Below, in pieces: positions 8,365 through 17,755 of a DNA stretch of 64,000 nt. The notes beneath the pieces are model-generated. The model was not told where the DNA came from. It searched no databases and saw nothing but the letters and a program-made list of their open reading frames with translations. Each line of letters starts with the position of its first letter. The stretch's first letter is position 1. This stretch comes from a virus (lineage: Duplodnaviria > Caudoviricetes): positions 1-64,000 of IMG/VR virus record IMGVR_UViG_3300021431_000102; one strand, 5' to 3'. The position numbers and the translations under genes were made by a program.

Positions 8365-8393
8365 TTGACAAACGAAATGAAATGTGTTATAAT
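8365..8393 (+). promoter_or_regulatory. sigmaA early promoter
   Basis: TTGACA-17-TATAAT, TGn. Confidence 0.85.
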
Positions 8394-8421
8394 AAAAATG
8401 TAAATGAAAGGAGAAATTAGA

Positions 8422-8688
8422 ATGAAGTTTATTAAAAAGTGTAGTGTTGGCGAAATGTTTGTTGGAGTTTATGAAAAAGAAAAGGGAGTATTTGTTTGTG
8501 TGGATGGTCTTCAGTTCGATGAAACATATTCTAAGGAAGAAATTGATTTTATTACAGATGAATATAAAGGTCGTTTACTGGAAGATTATGTTGCAGATAA
8601 CAAGGAAGATGCAATCAACGAAATGCGGAATAGAATTTGTGATTTGTTAAATGAATATTTCTTTGATGAAGAGGATTTTGTAAGTTAA
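8422..8688 (+). CDS. hypothetical protein
   Basis: AAGGAG SD before ATG 8422. Confidence 0.7.
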   Translation: MKFIKKCSVGEMFVGVYEKEKGVFVCVDGLQFDETYSKEEIDFITDEYKGRLLEDYVADNKEDAINEMRNRICDLLNEYFFDEEDFVS

Positions 8689-8721
8689 ATTTTAAAAATA
8701 GAAAGGTAAAGGTGAAAGAAA

Positions 8722-9078
8722 ATGTTAGTTGTAGTAGTAGGAGTTGTACCATTAATTTGGCGTTTAGCAATGTTAGTTTTAGATAAACAGCCGTTAGAAG
8801 AACAGTATGCAATTAAAAGAGCATTCTATACAATTATTATTGGATTGTTATATTATTTATTAATATTTGGTAGTCAGTATTTATCTGCAATTGAATATCT
8901 GTTAGGTCTTCCAGCGTCATTATTAATGGCTAATATGCATGTCGAATTAATATTAAGATGGTGTGCACGTAATGAAAGAATTAAGAATGAACAGGGTTAT
9001 GGAGCTGCATTCTTAGATTGTGGTAAGTTAATTGTTATAGCAATTATATTATTAACGATAGTAGTAATTTGTAAATAG
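8722..9078 (+). CDS. small multi-pass membrane protein
   Basis: 3-4 hydrophobic segments. Confidence 0.65.
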   Translation: MLVVVVGVVPLIWRLAMLVLDKQPLEEQYAIKRAFYTIIIGLLYYLLIFGSQYLSAIEYLLGLPASLLMANMHVELILRWCARNERIKNEQGYGAAFLDCGKLIVIAIILLTIVVICK

Positions 9079-9089
9079 AAAGGGTTAGC

Positions 9090-9440
9090 GTGAAGAATGG
9101 AATGGATATTAAAGAATTAAAAGAAAAAATAAAAAACAATATACATATAATTTATAATGTCTCATTATTAAATGAAGACATGATAGAAGAAAGTGATTTA
9201 GAAGATATTAATATATCAGCATATTGTTTATATAAAGACATGAGAGATTTGGTTTCTTTATATGAAAATAAAATTCTGAATTTGGGAAAAGAAATTAAGA
9301 ATTTGAGAATTGAAAATGAAAATTTGTCTAATGAATTACTTACGGCAGAAGTTGCTTTAAATAAAGCAACGCATGGTAAAATTCACGAAGCAATGGATTG
9401 TGTAAAGATAGAGGATATATTCTTTTCAGTAGATGATTAA
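9090..9440 (+). CDS. hypothetical coiled-coil protein
   Basis: ORF, heptad-like C-terminal half. Confidence 0.65.
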   Translation: MKNGMDIKELKEKIKNNIHIIYNVSLLNEDMIEESDLEDINISAYCLYKDMRDLVSLYENKILNLGKEIKNLRIENENLSNELLTAEVALNKATHGKIHEAMDCVKIEDIFFSVDD

Positions 9441-9550
9441 ACGCATATATTATCCAATTACTATCATATACATTAAAATTTAATTTCAAAATCGTTTTGC
9501 ATTTTTTGAAAATTAAATTGTATAATATATGTAGAAAGGAGGATAGTATT

Positions 9551-9946
9551 TTGGCAAAAGAGTATTTAAAAAATCATATTCTACCTGAGGAAGTAGTAAA
9601 TGATGTATTAAATGAATGTGATAATCATTATACAGATATCAAAGGGATTTATCATTCATCATTTACTTTTCCAAGTGTATTACAATGCGAAGAAGATTAT
9701 TTAAATTCTGCAGAAGAACTAAAGACAAAACGTAGCGTAAAGGCTTTACTTGAGACTTGTGAAAATTTAATTGATTTAGTTAAGTTAGCAGAAGCAAATT
9801 ATATCTATCATCCTCGCAAGGCAAGCATTGAAGGTAAGTGTACATTAAGAGATGTATATTTAAGAAGAGGATATTCAGAAGAGTATCTTGATGATTGGGC
9901 AATGAGTTTATTAGGAAAAAGTAAAACATTATGGGTTAGTGATTAA
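9551..9946 (+). CDS. hypothetical protein
   Basis: AAGGAGG SD before TTG 9551. Confidence 0.65.
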   Translation: MAKEYLKNHILPEEVVNDVLNECDNHYTDIKGIYHSSFTFPSVLQCEEDYLNSAEELKTKRSVKALLETCENLIDLVKLAEANYIYHPRKASIEGKCTLRDVYLRRGYSEEYLDDWAMSLLGKSKTLWVSD

Positions 9947-9976
9947 TTGTAAAGAAAGGAAATTGTAAAAGAAATT

Positions 9977-11113
9977 ATGAATTTTAAAAAAGGAATTAGA
10001 AATTTTAATGTAACAGGGAAGTTAAGATTAACAAACAATACGTTTAATATTGATAAGCGTAAAGAGGGAAGTAATTATATTTATTCAAATGCAAATCTAG
10101 TTTTAGATTGTGGGCAGGGAAATGTATTTTGTAATTTAGTAGGTGGTCATTTTGTCACTGGTGAAAATACTATTTATGCCTTAGGAATCAAGGAAGAAGA
10201 TGGCAAGATTAGAACCGATTATCAGAAGCAGATTAAGGTGCCATTTGAAAACAGATTTGACGATTCAATTTTGAAAAACATTTCTCTGGATAGCTTCACC
10301 ATTTTCAATATTGAAAAAGATTCTGATGGTAAATTAATTTCAAAGAAGTTCTTGGCAAAGGAAGACGCTGTTAAATATTTACAGGCTACACTTGAAGATG
10401 GTATGGTCTTAAATATCTCTGGCGATATTTCATTCAGAGTAGATGAACAGGGTAAGACGTTATTTACTTTAAATATTAAGAGAATTTATTTAAATGAAAG
10501 AGAAAATCCTGTACTGCATGCTGACTTTACTATGACAGTAGTAACGGACAAAGATTGTTATGATTCTTTAGAAGGTGTTGATGAAAATGGAATGGTAGAA
10601 ATGAATTGTTTTGTTACCGAATACATGAAGGAATATCATGGAATCGAAAAGTCAATTTTACCTTTACCATTTAAGTTCTATATCAACACAAAAGAAAGTG
10701 ATAATTGGAAGAAGATTATTAGTGAATATTTTAGACCAATGAATAAGTATTTAGCAGAGACAACCATTGAAGGTAGCATTGTATCTGTTGGTAATACACA
10801 GACAGTTGGTCTGGAAGATGTCCCTGAAGACGTCAGAAAGCTTGTAGAGTTAGGCTTGATTTCTGAAAATGAATTAGCAAAAATTGCAACGAATAATAAT
10901 TCATTAATACAGATGATGGTATTCAATAGACCAAGAGTTATTATTCAGGATGGCAAGATGTTAATCATGAACAATAAGGAAAAGTATACAACAGATGATT
11001 TTGATTTTATGAATTCAAAATCTGAAACTGTAAAACCAAAAGTCGAAAAGGCAGCTCCAAAGTTAGAAACGCCAAAAGACGATGATGCGCTGTTTGCGGA
11101 ATTATTTGGATAG
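9977..11113 (+). CDS. putative ssDNA-binding protein (SPbeta YorF-like position)
   Basis: Beta-rich body; acidic/aromatic tail DDDALFAELFG; directly upstream of the AAA ATPase. Confidence 0.55.
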   Translation: MNFKKGIRNFNVTGKLRLTNNTFNIDKRKEGSNYIYSNANLVLDCGQGNVFCNLVGGHFVTGENTIYALGIKEEDGKIRTDYQKQIKVPFENRFDDSILKNISLDSFTIFNIEKDSDGKLISKKFLAKEDAVKYLQATLEDGMVLNISGDISFRVDEQGKTLFTLNIKRIYLNERENPVLHADFTMTVVTDKDCYDSLEGVDENGMVEMNCFVTEYMKEYHGIEKSILPLPFKFYINTKESDNWKKIISEYFRPMNKYLAETTIEGSIVSVGNTQTVGLEDVPEDVRKLVELGLISENELAKIATNNNSLIQMMVFNRPRVIIQDGKMLIMNNKEKYTTDDFDFMNSKSETVKPKVEKAAPKLETPKDDDALFAELFG

Positions 11114-11127
11114 GAGGGTAATTATTT

Positions 11128-12279
11128 ATGGCATTTAAGATGAATAAAGTTAAGGTTGATTTATGTAGTTATCCTCAGTATGTCCTTATTGGTCAGAGAG
11201 GAATCGGTAAGACAACTCTGTTTAGAGATATTGTCAAAGCAGAATATGGTTCTCCAGAATGCGGATTGTTAATCTCTTGCGGAAACGAAAGTGGCTATCA
11301 TGCATTAGATGATTTACAGGTTGAAGAAGTTCATGAATGGACAAAGGAATATGGTTATCCTGAAAGTGAAGAAGGAGTACCAGAAGAATATTGGACACGT
11401 GGTCTCGTAGAAGTAATTGATGATTTAGTAAATAATAAATCAAATTACAAAATTAAGATTGTATGTCTTGATACTTTAGATGAACTTTATCCTTTAGCAG
11501 AACAGAGAGTATTTGAAGAGCACAAGAAGAAGAAGGGTACCTACCCTGAGAGTCTTAATGCAGCACTTGGTGGTTACGGACGGGGACAGCAGCGTGCTGT
11601 AGAACTTGTAACAGAACAGATTTCTCGTTTAAGAAACGCTGGATATGGAGTATTCATTATCGGACATGTTAAGGTTAAGGATAAGATTGACCCTGTAACT
11701 GGCGATGTGTACGAACAGTATACAAACAACCTGTCAAATAAATACTTTGGAGCCGTAGCTGACACTGCACAGATGGTAGTTAATATTGTTAATGAACTTA
11801 ATGTCGTAGGTGGTAATGCTGATAAGGCAGGAAGAATTGCTGGCTCAAGTCGCATGATGTATTTTAGAGATACAGGTTTGATTGATGCTAAGAGTAGATT
11901 TGTAGGTATGCCTGAAAAGTTACCATTATCTGCAGAAAATTTCTTACAGGCTTTTAAAGAAGGAGTTAAAAATTCTCAGTCGGTTCCAATTTCAGAAAAG
12001 GAAATGAAAAAGCAGATTAAGAAAGAAGAAAAGGATTCTCAAATTCTCTCAGAGAATGCTCAGAAGAAGGAGCAGAAAGCTGATACTAGAAGAAGAGAAG
12101 AACTGGTCACTTCAATTAAGGATTCTATGAAGAATATTCTCTCAAAGAAAGAAGCAGAAAGCGTTGCAAAGTTGCAGTCTATCTTTAAGGAATATGAAAT
12201 TTCTAATGCAGATGCAATTGATAGTTTAGAATTAAACAAGTTAATTAGTTTATTATCTGCAATTGAAAAATTGAATTAA
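11128..12279 (+). CDS. AAA_24/Sak4-like P-loop ATPase (phage recombination/annealing)
   Basis: Walker A GQRGIGKTT, Walker B CLDTLDE. Confidence 0.8.
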   Translation: MAFKMNKVKVDLCSYPQYVLIGQRGIGKTTLFRDIVKAEYGSPECGLLISCGNESGYHALDDLQVEEVHEWTKEYGYPESEEGVPEEYWTRGLVEVIDDLVNNKSNYKIKIVCLDTLDELYPLAEQRVFEEHKKKKGTYPESLNAALGGYGRGQQRAVELVTEQISRLRNAGYGVFIIGHVKVKDKIDPVTGDVYEQYTNNLSNKYFGAVADTAQMVVNIVNELNVVGGNADKAGRIAGSSRMMYFRDTGLIDAKSRFVGMPEKLPLSAENFLQAFKEGVKNSQSVPISEKEMKKQIKKEEKDSQILSENAQKKEQKADTRRREELVTSIKDSMKNILSKKEAESVAKLQSIFKEYEISNADAIDSLELNKLISLLSAIEKLN

Positions 12280-12311
12280 TAATTACGCCCCTAAAAATAG
12301 GGGTGAACATA

Positions 12312-12340
12312 TTGACAAGTAATAATGTTTGTGATATAAT
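12312..12340 (+). promoter_or_regulatory. sigmaA promoter
   Basis: TTGACA-17-TATAAT, TGn; hairpin 12286-12305 just upstream. Confidence 0.85.
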
Positions 12341-12360
12341 AAAATGGAAGGAGGAAAAAT

Positions 12361-12807
12361 ATGACCAAGGAAGAGAAGAAAGAGTTAAATGATTTATTAA
12401 ACTATGTTAAAAATAATATCTTATATTATAGTGACACTCAAAAAACTCCGCCATTTTTAAAAAAGAAAATAAACGAACTTGCTTTAGGTGAAGATGGCGT
12501 ATTCAATTACACTTATAAAATGATATTATATTCATTTATGATAAATAAGAATCGGATTGAATACGCTTTTAACACCAAAACATTTAAGACAGAAAAACAT
12601 AAGATTAACTATATGATGGTGGTTGTAGCCAACAGTATGAATGATATTAAAAAGAAAGTTAATCTTAACAAGAAGATACAAGAGCAAAAGAATCGGACAC
12701 TTGACGATGCACAATATTTAGCAGAAAATAATTTGTTATATGGTAGAGATAATTATGTTAGAAAAACGATAGAATTAAGGAGCGATGAGATAGATAAATT
12801 ATGGTAG
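12361..12807 (+). CDS. hypothetical replication protein (helicase-loader position)
   Basis: AGGAGG SD; overlaps the helicase start. Confidence 0.65.
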   Translation: MTKEEKKELNDLLNYVKNNILYYSDTQKTPPFLKKKINELALGEDGVFNYTYKMILYSFMINKNRIEYAFNTKTFKTEKHKINYMMVVVANSMNDIKKKVNLNKKIQEQKNRTLDDAQYLAENNLLYGRDNYVRKTIELRSDEIDKLW

Positions 12808-14291
12808 AAGAATTAACACCTTTTGAAAAAGAACGTTATGAAACAGCGCAGATACTTTTAAATTATATGCTTCCAGCAGAAGCAAATGTTGTGGCAACTT
12901 TTTGGAAGTTCCCAGAAGTAATGTATGATTTTAGAGATATAGAATTAGAATCTTTTCATACAAATACATGGAGAGTTTATTGGCAGATAGTCCACGATAT
13001 TTTTATTGAAGAAAAAAAAGAAAGCATAGATGAGCTGACTGTAAATTTTTATTTAGAAAAACATCTTAAATTATAAGAGAAGTATGAAGAGTATGGTGGC
13101 TATGATACCATCATAAAGGCTGGTTCTTTTATAAAGAAAGAAAACATTGTTGGTTATGTATTAGAATTACAAAAGTGGAATGCTGTATTTGAAATGAATA
13201 AACAGGGGTTCCCAGTCAAAGATAAGTTAAGTGATTTTGCGGACATGTCTCTTGATGAAATTTATGCAATTCTACAGGCACAAATTAATAACACTTTTCT
13301 AAAACACAGTGACAGTTTAAATAAATCTTATGATATTAGTGATAACATTGATGGGCTAATTGAAGATTTACAAAATGGTGCAGAGGTTGGATTACCATAT
13401 TTAAATATGCCCTTATTAAATCAACAGACTGGCGGATGTATGTTGGGTAATGTTACATTGATTGGTGGTGTTACTAACGCAGGTAAATCTACTTTTGTGA
13501 GAGATGTGCACGTACCTTCTTTAATTAAACACAAAGAAAAATGTGTTATAATGATTAACGAAGAGGACTTATCAAGAGTTCAAAGAGAATTAATCGTTTG
13601 GTATGTTAACAATGAATTGAATTATGAGTTGCATAAATATGTTTTAAAAGAAGGTGTCTGGAATGATGAAGTAAAATCTTATATCATGAAAGCAGTAGAT
13701 TGGTTAAAGAAGATGAAAGAAGAACACTTAATAACTGTTATCCCTTTTAAAACATTCACTACAAGCAATGCTATTAAAGTAATCAATAAATATTCTGCTC
13801 TAGGCGTTAAGTATTTTATTCTTGATACCTTCAAGGCTGATAGTACGACAGGTGCTAATGAAAATATTCGTGTACAGATGAATCAAAATATGGTAGCTTT
13901 ATATGATACTGTAAAACCAGCGAATAAAAATGTCCATTTGTTATGTACAATGCAATTAAATAAGGCAAGTGTAAGAATGAAGAAATATGATTTAGATAGC
14001 ATTGGTGAAGCCAAGGGTATAAGTGATGTATCATCTACCGCCATCATGATGAGAAAACTATTTGATGATGAAAAAGAAAATCTTAAAGTATATCAGGATG
14101 AAGTTGATGCTTATGGTATAGTTCATCAAAAAGAAATTCCTCTAGACCCTAGGAAAAGATATCAAGTGTTCTTTGTAGTTAAATCTAGGGAAGGTTCTAC
14201 AGATAGGCAGATAGTTGCTGAAGTAGATTTCAGTAGAAATATTTATAAAGAAATTGGTTATTGTTATATTGAAAACTTGGCTACAAGTTAG
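12801..14291 (+). pseudogene. dnaB: DnaB-like replicative helicase interrupted by one in-frame TAA (13074-13076)
   Basis: ORFs 12801-13076 and 13194-14291 are in the same frame with open sequence between them (KHLKL*EKYEEYGG); Walker A GGVTNAGKST, Walker B FILDTFK, KSREG arginine finger. Confidence 0.8.
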
Positions 14292-14308
14292 AAAGGAAAT
14301 TAAATATT

Positions 14309-14638
14309 ATGTTACAAGAAAGTTGGCGTAAACGGATTTTAAAAAATATTCCTCATGGAGAGGAAGGGAGCTTAGCCTTAGATACTGAAGAAGATGTTGC
14401 CTGCCTTTGTAAAATATTATTAAATAGAGGCTATGCTATATGTCTTACAGGAGGCGATGGTGATGATGTTATTGTACATTGGTTGTATGCTGGTGATATT
14501 GGTCATTTGTCTTATAGTGATTATGAAAATGTAGTATTTACATCTACAGATTATATAGAAGAATATCCACAGGCATATTATGAGGAAACAAATACGGTAA
14601 AAACAGATGAAGATTATAGTGTGGGGTTGACAGATTAA
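14309..14638 (+). CDS. hypothetical protein
   Basis: ORF with AAAGGA SD. Confidence 0.65.
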   Translation: MLQESWRKRILKNIPHGEEGSLALDTEEDVACLCKILLNRGYAICLTGGDGDDVIVHWLYAGDIGHLSYSDYENVVFTSTDYIEEYPQAYYEETNTVKTDEDYSVGLTD

Positions 14639-15285
14639 TGATTAAAGTAGAACATTTAGAAGCATTTAACCTTGAAGGGGCGTTAAGAGGGATGAGAAAC
14701 CCTCTTAATTCTCATAATAAAAGTGATAGTTGTTGGGTTGAAACCATTGAACCTAATGGAGATTTAAAAGAAGAATATGTGATTGGTGATAATGATTTAG
14801 ATTTAATGAAACGTTTATTTAAAGCAGGCACAGAACACAGGAAATATCTTAGACAAATCTTTGTTAGTATGGACATTACAGCTCCGTTATATTGGTGGAA
14901 ACAGGCAGACAAATATCAAATAGGTGTGACTACTAATAGTTATTCCACAATGCACACCATTCACAAGAAGCCATTTGATATATCGGACTTCTCCTTCGAG
15001 GGGGTAGACGACATGATTTATGATGAGTGGATAAAAGATATTGTATTTAAGTGTGAGAACCTTAGAAAATTATATGTCGTGACAAAAGAAAAAAAGTATT
15101 GGGATGCATTAATCAAACTTTTACCTGAATCTTATAATCAAAAGAGAACTATGACTATGAATTATGAAAATGTAATTAATATTATTAAACAGAGAACAGG
15201 GCATAAGATTAAAGAGTGGGATGACTTTATAACAGAATTAAAAAAATTACCATATATAAAAGAATTAATTGAAGAAAATAGTTGA
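14638..15285 (+). CDS. thyX: ThyX-like (flavin-dependent thymidylate synthase-like) phage protein
   Basis: RGMRNP..KSDS, HRKYLRQI, APLYWWKQ, NSYSTMH, PESYNQKRT motifs of the phage ThyX-like family. Confidence 0.6.
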   Translation: MIKVEHLEAFNLEGALRGMRNPLNSHNKSDSCWVETIEPNGDLKEEYVIGDNDLDLMKRLFKAGTEHRKYLRQIFVSMDITAPLYWWKQADKYQIGVTTNSYSTMHTIHKKPFDISDFSFEGVDDMIYDEWIKDIVFKCENLRKLYVVTKEKKYWDALIKLLPESYNQKRTMTMNYENVINIIKQRTGHKIKEWDDFITELKKLPYIKELIEENS

Positions 15286-15310
15286 CGAAATAAGATAATT
15301 ATGATATAAT
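15282..15310 (+). promoter_or_regulatory. sigmaA promoter
   Basis: TTGACG-17-TATAAT, TGn. Confidence 0.8.
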
Positions 15311-15340
15311 ATTAGTAGAAAGAGAAAGGAGGATTATAAA

Positions 15341-16339
15341 TTGAACAGTATAGAATTGCAAAAATATATTATAGATAATGATTTAATACCAAAAATATTA
15401 GAAGATTTGGGATGTCATAACATAAAAGATTTTGGCAAAGAATATCGTTCAACTAGACCAGATGGGGATAATCCTTCTGCTCTTGCTACTAATAAGTCAA
15501 CGTTAAGAATTTATTGTTATACTAATAATTGGAGTGGTAATTTATATACTCTATGCATGAAGACTTTATATTTAAATTTTTATCAAACGATGAAATATCT
15601 TCATGCGTTATTAGGGTTTAAATATAAATACGAACAACCTATTTATCAAGAAAATTCAAAAGATGTTTTAAATATTTTTACAAAATATAAAAACAGGAAT
15701 CTTAATTCCGATGTAGACCAAGAAACAGTTGATATACAGGTAGCAAATTACGAACCATATCTTCATATTAATTGGGTTAAAGAAGGTATTACAGAATTAG
15801 CGAGAGAAGCATTTAATATTCAATATGATGGGACAAGAAGAAAGATTATTATCCCTCATAGACATTACGAAAGTGGGAAAGTAATCGGTGTTATGTCTAG
15901 AACTACAATTCCTAATGCTGAGTTATTAGGAATACCTAAATACTATCCTATTGTCCCTCATCAAAAAGGGGATAACCTATATGGTTTGTTTGAAAATTAT
16001 GAAAGTATAATTGAAAATGGATATGTAGTTGTATATGAAGCAGAAAAAAGCGTATTAAAAAGATACAGTTTGCATGATGGGACAGGAGTTGCTGTCTGTA
16101 CACATAGTATTACAGATAAACAAGCGGAGATATTAATTAGTTTAAACGTTGATATTATAATTGCATGGGATAAAGATGTCGAAGACAAAGATATATTTAA
16201 GGCATGCAAAAAATTTAAAGGGATTAGGAATGTTTATTACATAAAAGATACAGAAAACATTTTAAAAGAAAAAGAATCCCCTGCTGATGCGTGTAATGAA
16301 GATTTTATAAAACTATTTAAAAGTAGAATTAAATTTTAG
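15341..16339 (+). CDS. dnaG: DNA primase (TOPRIM)
   Basis: VVYEAEKS and IAWDKD TOPRIM motifs. Confidence 0.85.
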   Translation: MNSIELQKYIIDNDLIPKILEDLGCHNIKDFGKEYRSTRPDGDNPSALATNKSTLRIYCYTNNWSGNLYTLCMKTLYLNFYQTMKYLHALLGFKYKYEQPIYQENSKDVLNIFTKYKNRNLNSDVDQETVDIQVANYEPYLHINWVKEGITELAREAFNIQYDGTRRKIIIPHRHYESGKVIGVMSRTTIPNAELLGIPKYYPIVPHQKGDNLYGLFENYESIIENGYVVVYEAEKSVLKRYSLHDGTGVAVCTHSITDKQAEILISLNVDIIIAWDKDVEDKDIFKACKKFKGIRNVYYIKDTENILKEKESPADACNEDFIKLFKSRIKF

Positions 16340-16352
16340 AAAGGATATTGTT

Positions 16353-16652
16353 ATGAAAGATAGTGTAATGGATTTAAAAAAATGGATTTTATTTTTAGAA
16401 TCTGTAGTTGAGGAAGCTTTTTATAAAGTTTATGCTAAAAATGATTCTAATTGGGTGAATCTAGAAACAATTAATATTGAAAATTATTTATCTGATAATC
16501 CTTCAGATGTTCCGTTTGTAAGTTTAAAAGTGTCTTATAAGACAACTACCTCTGAAGAAATAGAGAATATTGAAATGGCATATTATTTAGATGAATCTCC
16601 AGAATATAATGTTGGAAGACTTAGTTATCAATTTGAAGTTGAGGATGATTAA
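16353..16652 (+). CDS. hypothetical protein
   Basis: ORF with SD. Confidence 0.65.
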   Translation: MKDSVMDLKKWILFLESVVEEAFYKVYAKNDSNWVNLETINIENYLSDNPSDVPFVSLKVSYKTTTSEEIENIEMAYYLDESPEYNVGRLSYQFEVEDD

Positions 16653-16655
16653 TAT

Positions 16656-17078
16656 ATGGCTACTTTATATAATAAAATTAGAGAAGTTGCATTAAATGAC
16701 AAAATGCCTGAATTTGAATTTTATGTTATTAGATATGATATCAATAAACGTGATATTGAAATGTGGAACATATTTAATAATTGGCTTTTAGCAGGTTCAG
16801 TATTCCTTAATTGTAAAAAATATTTAAGATACAAAAAAGATTATACTTTAGAAAATCTTAGGGAAGATATTAGAGAAGATATTATGTGGCAGGAATGTAG
16901 TAGAGTTGAATATGAAATATCTGCAGGAGACCCATTCCCAAGAGATGTTAGTGAATTAAAAAAGGTAGATGCTTATTGGCAAGCATTACCAAATTTAAAT
17001 ATCATCACTGACATGTGTATAGAAAGAACAAGAAAATTTTTAAAGGAGGGTAAAAAAGAAAATGGTTTTGACGTTTAA
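16656..17078 (+). CDS. hypothetical phage protein
   Basis: ORF in operon. Confidence 0.7.
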   Translation: MATLYNKIREVALNDKMPEFEFYVIRYDINKRDIEMWNIFNNWLLAGSVFLNCKKYLRYKKDYTLENLREDIREDIMWQECSRVEYEISAGDPFPRDVSELKKVDAYWQALPNLNIITDMCIERTRKFLKEGKKENGFDV

Positions 17079-17313
17079 AAATTCTATTGGTAATGAAAAA
17101 ATACTAGGAAATTTTAAGACAGAAGAAGAGGCTATGCAATGCATAGCTGATTTTCTCGAAGAACATAATTTTAAATCTTATTATACAAGAGTTGTTTATC
17201 GGGACGGATGTAGAGTTATTGACGTGGGCTCTTGGACTGAATTCTTTATTTTGTATGACGAAGGATATAAAGGAAATTTAGTAACTCAATGGGGGAAAAG
17301 AGTTGACAATTAA
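17062..17313 (+). CDS. hypothetical phage protein (DVGSxxEFF family)
   Basis: FKSYYTR...IDVGSWTEFF. Confidence 0.7.
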   Translation: MVLTFKNSIGNEKILGNFKTEEEAMQCIADFLEEHNFKSYYTRVVYRDGCRVIDVGSWTEFFILYDEGYKGNLVTQWGKRVDN

Positions 17314-17331
17314 TTAATTTTATGTTATAAT
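17303..17331 (+). promoter_or_regulatory. sigmaA promoter
   Basis: TTGACA-17-TATAAT, TGn. Confidence 0.85.
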
Positions 17332-17353
17332 AATTGTAGAAAGGAGAAAAGAA

Positions 17354-17755
17354 ATGCCTAAATTTAAAGAATTGAAAAAGACACAAAGAAAAGTTAACAA
17401 AGAAATAAGAAGCATTAATAAAAACTTAAAAGAAGATTGTTTCGCTGGAAGGTTTGAGGTAAAGATGCTTGCTCGTAAAGATGAGATGTTATGCATGATG
17501 TCTTATCCAAGTTATACTTTAGCAATCATTGACCACGAAGAACCTAAAACTTTAGTATTAGAAAACTATCATTGGAGTGATTCGTGGGGACTGTGCGATT
17601 TTGAAACACTTGTAGATGAACTTAATATGTTTATTCAGGAGTCTGATTTTTGGGACAGATGGAAAAACGAAGAAGAATACAGGAAGTCTCATTGGTATTC
17701 TGGAAAACGTTTAGCTCAGCTGAATGGGGCATTAAATAGGAGTGACAATGGCTGA
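17354..17755 (+). CDS. hypothetical protein
   Basis: AAAGGAG SD. Confidence 0.7.
   Translation: MPKFKELKKTQRKVNKEIRSINKNLKEDCFAGRFEVKMLARKDEMLCMMSYPSYTLAIIDHEEPKTLVLENYHWSDSWGLCDFETLVDELNMFIQESDFWDRWKNEEEYRKSHWYSGKRLAQLNGALNRSDNG

Noticed and set aside
12286-12305. Hairpin as intrinsic terminator
   Set aside because: CGCCCCTA/TAGGGGTG stem is real but has no U-tract; noted only as a promoter-proximal stem-loop.
13074-13076. Genome-wide TAA stop reassignment or an ochre suppressor tRNA
   Set aside because: Most genes end in TAA, long ORFs are intact in code 11, and the tRNA-Gln anticodon is TTG, not TTA.
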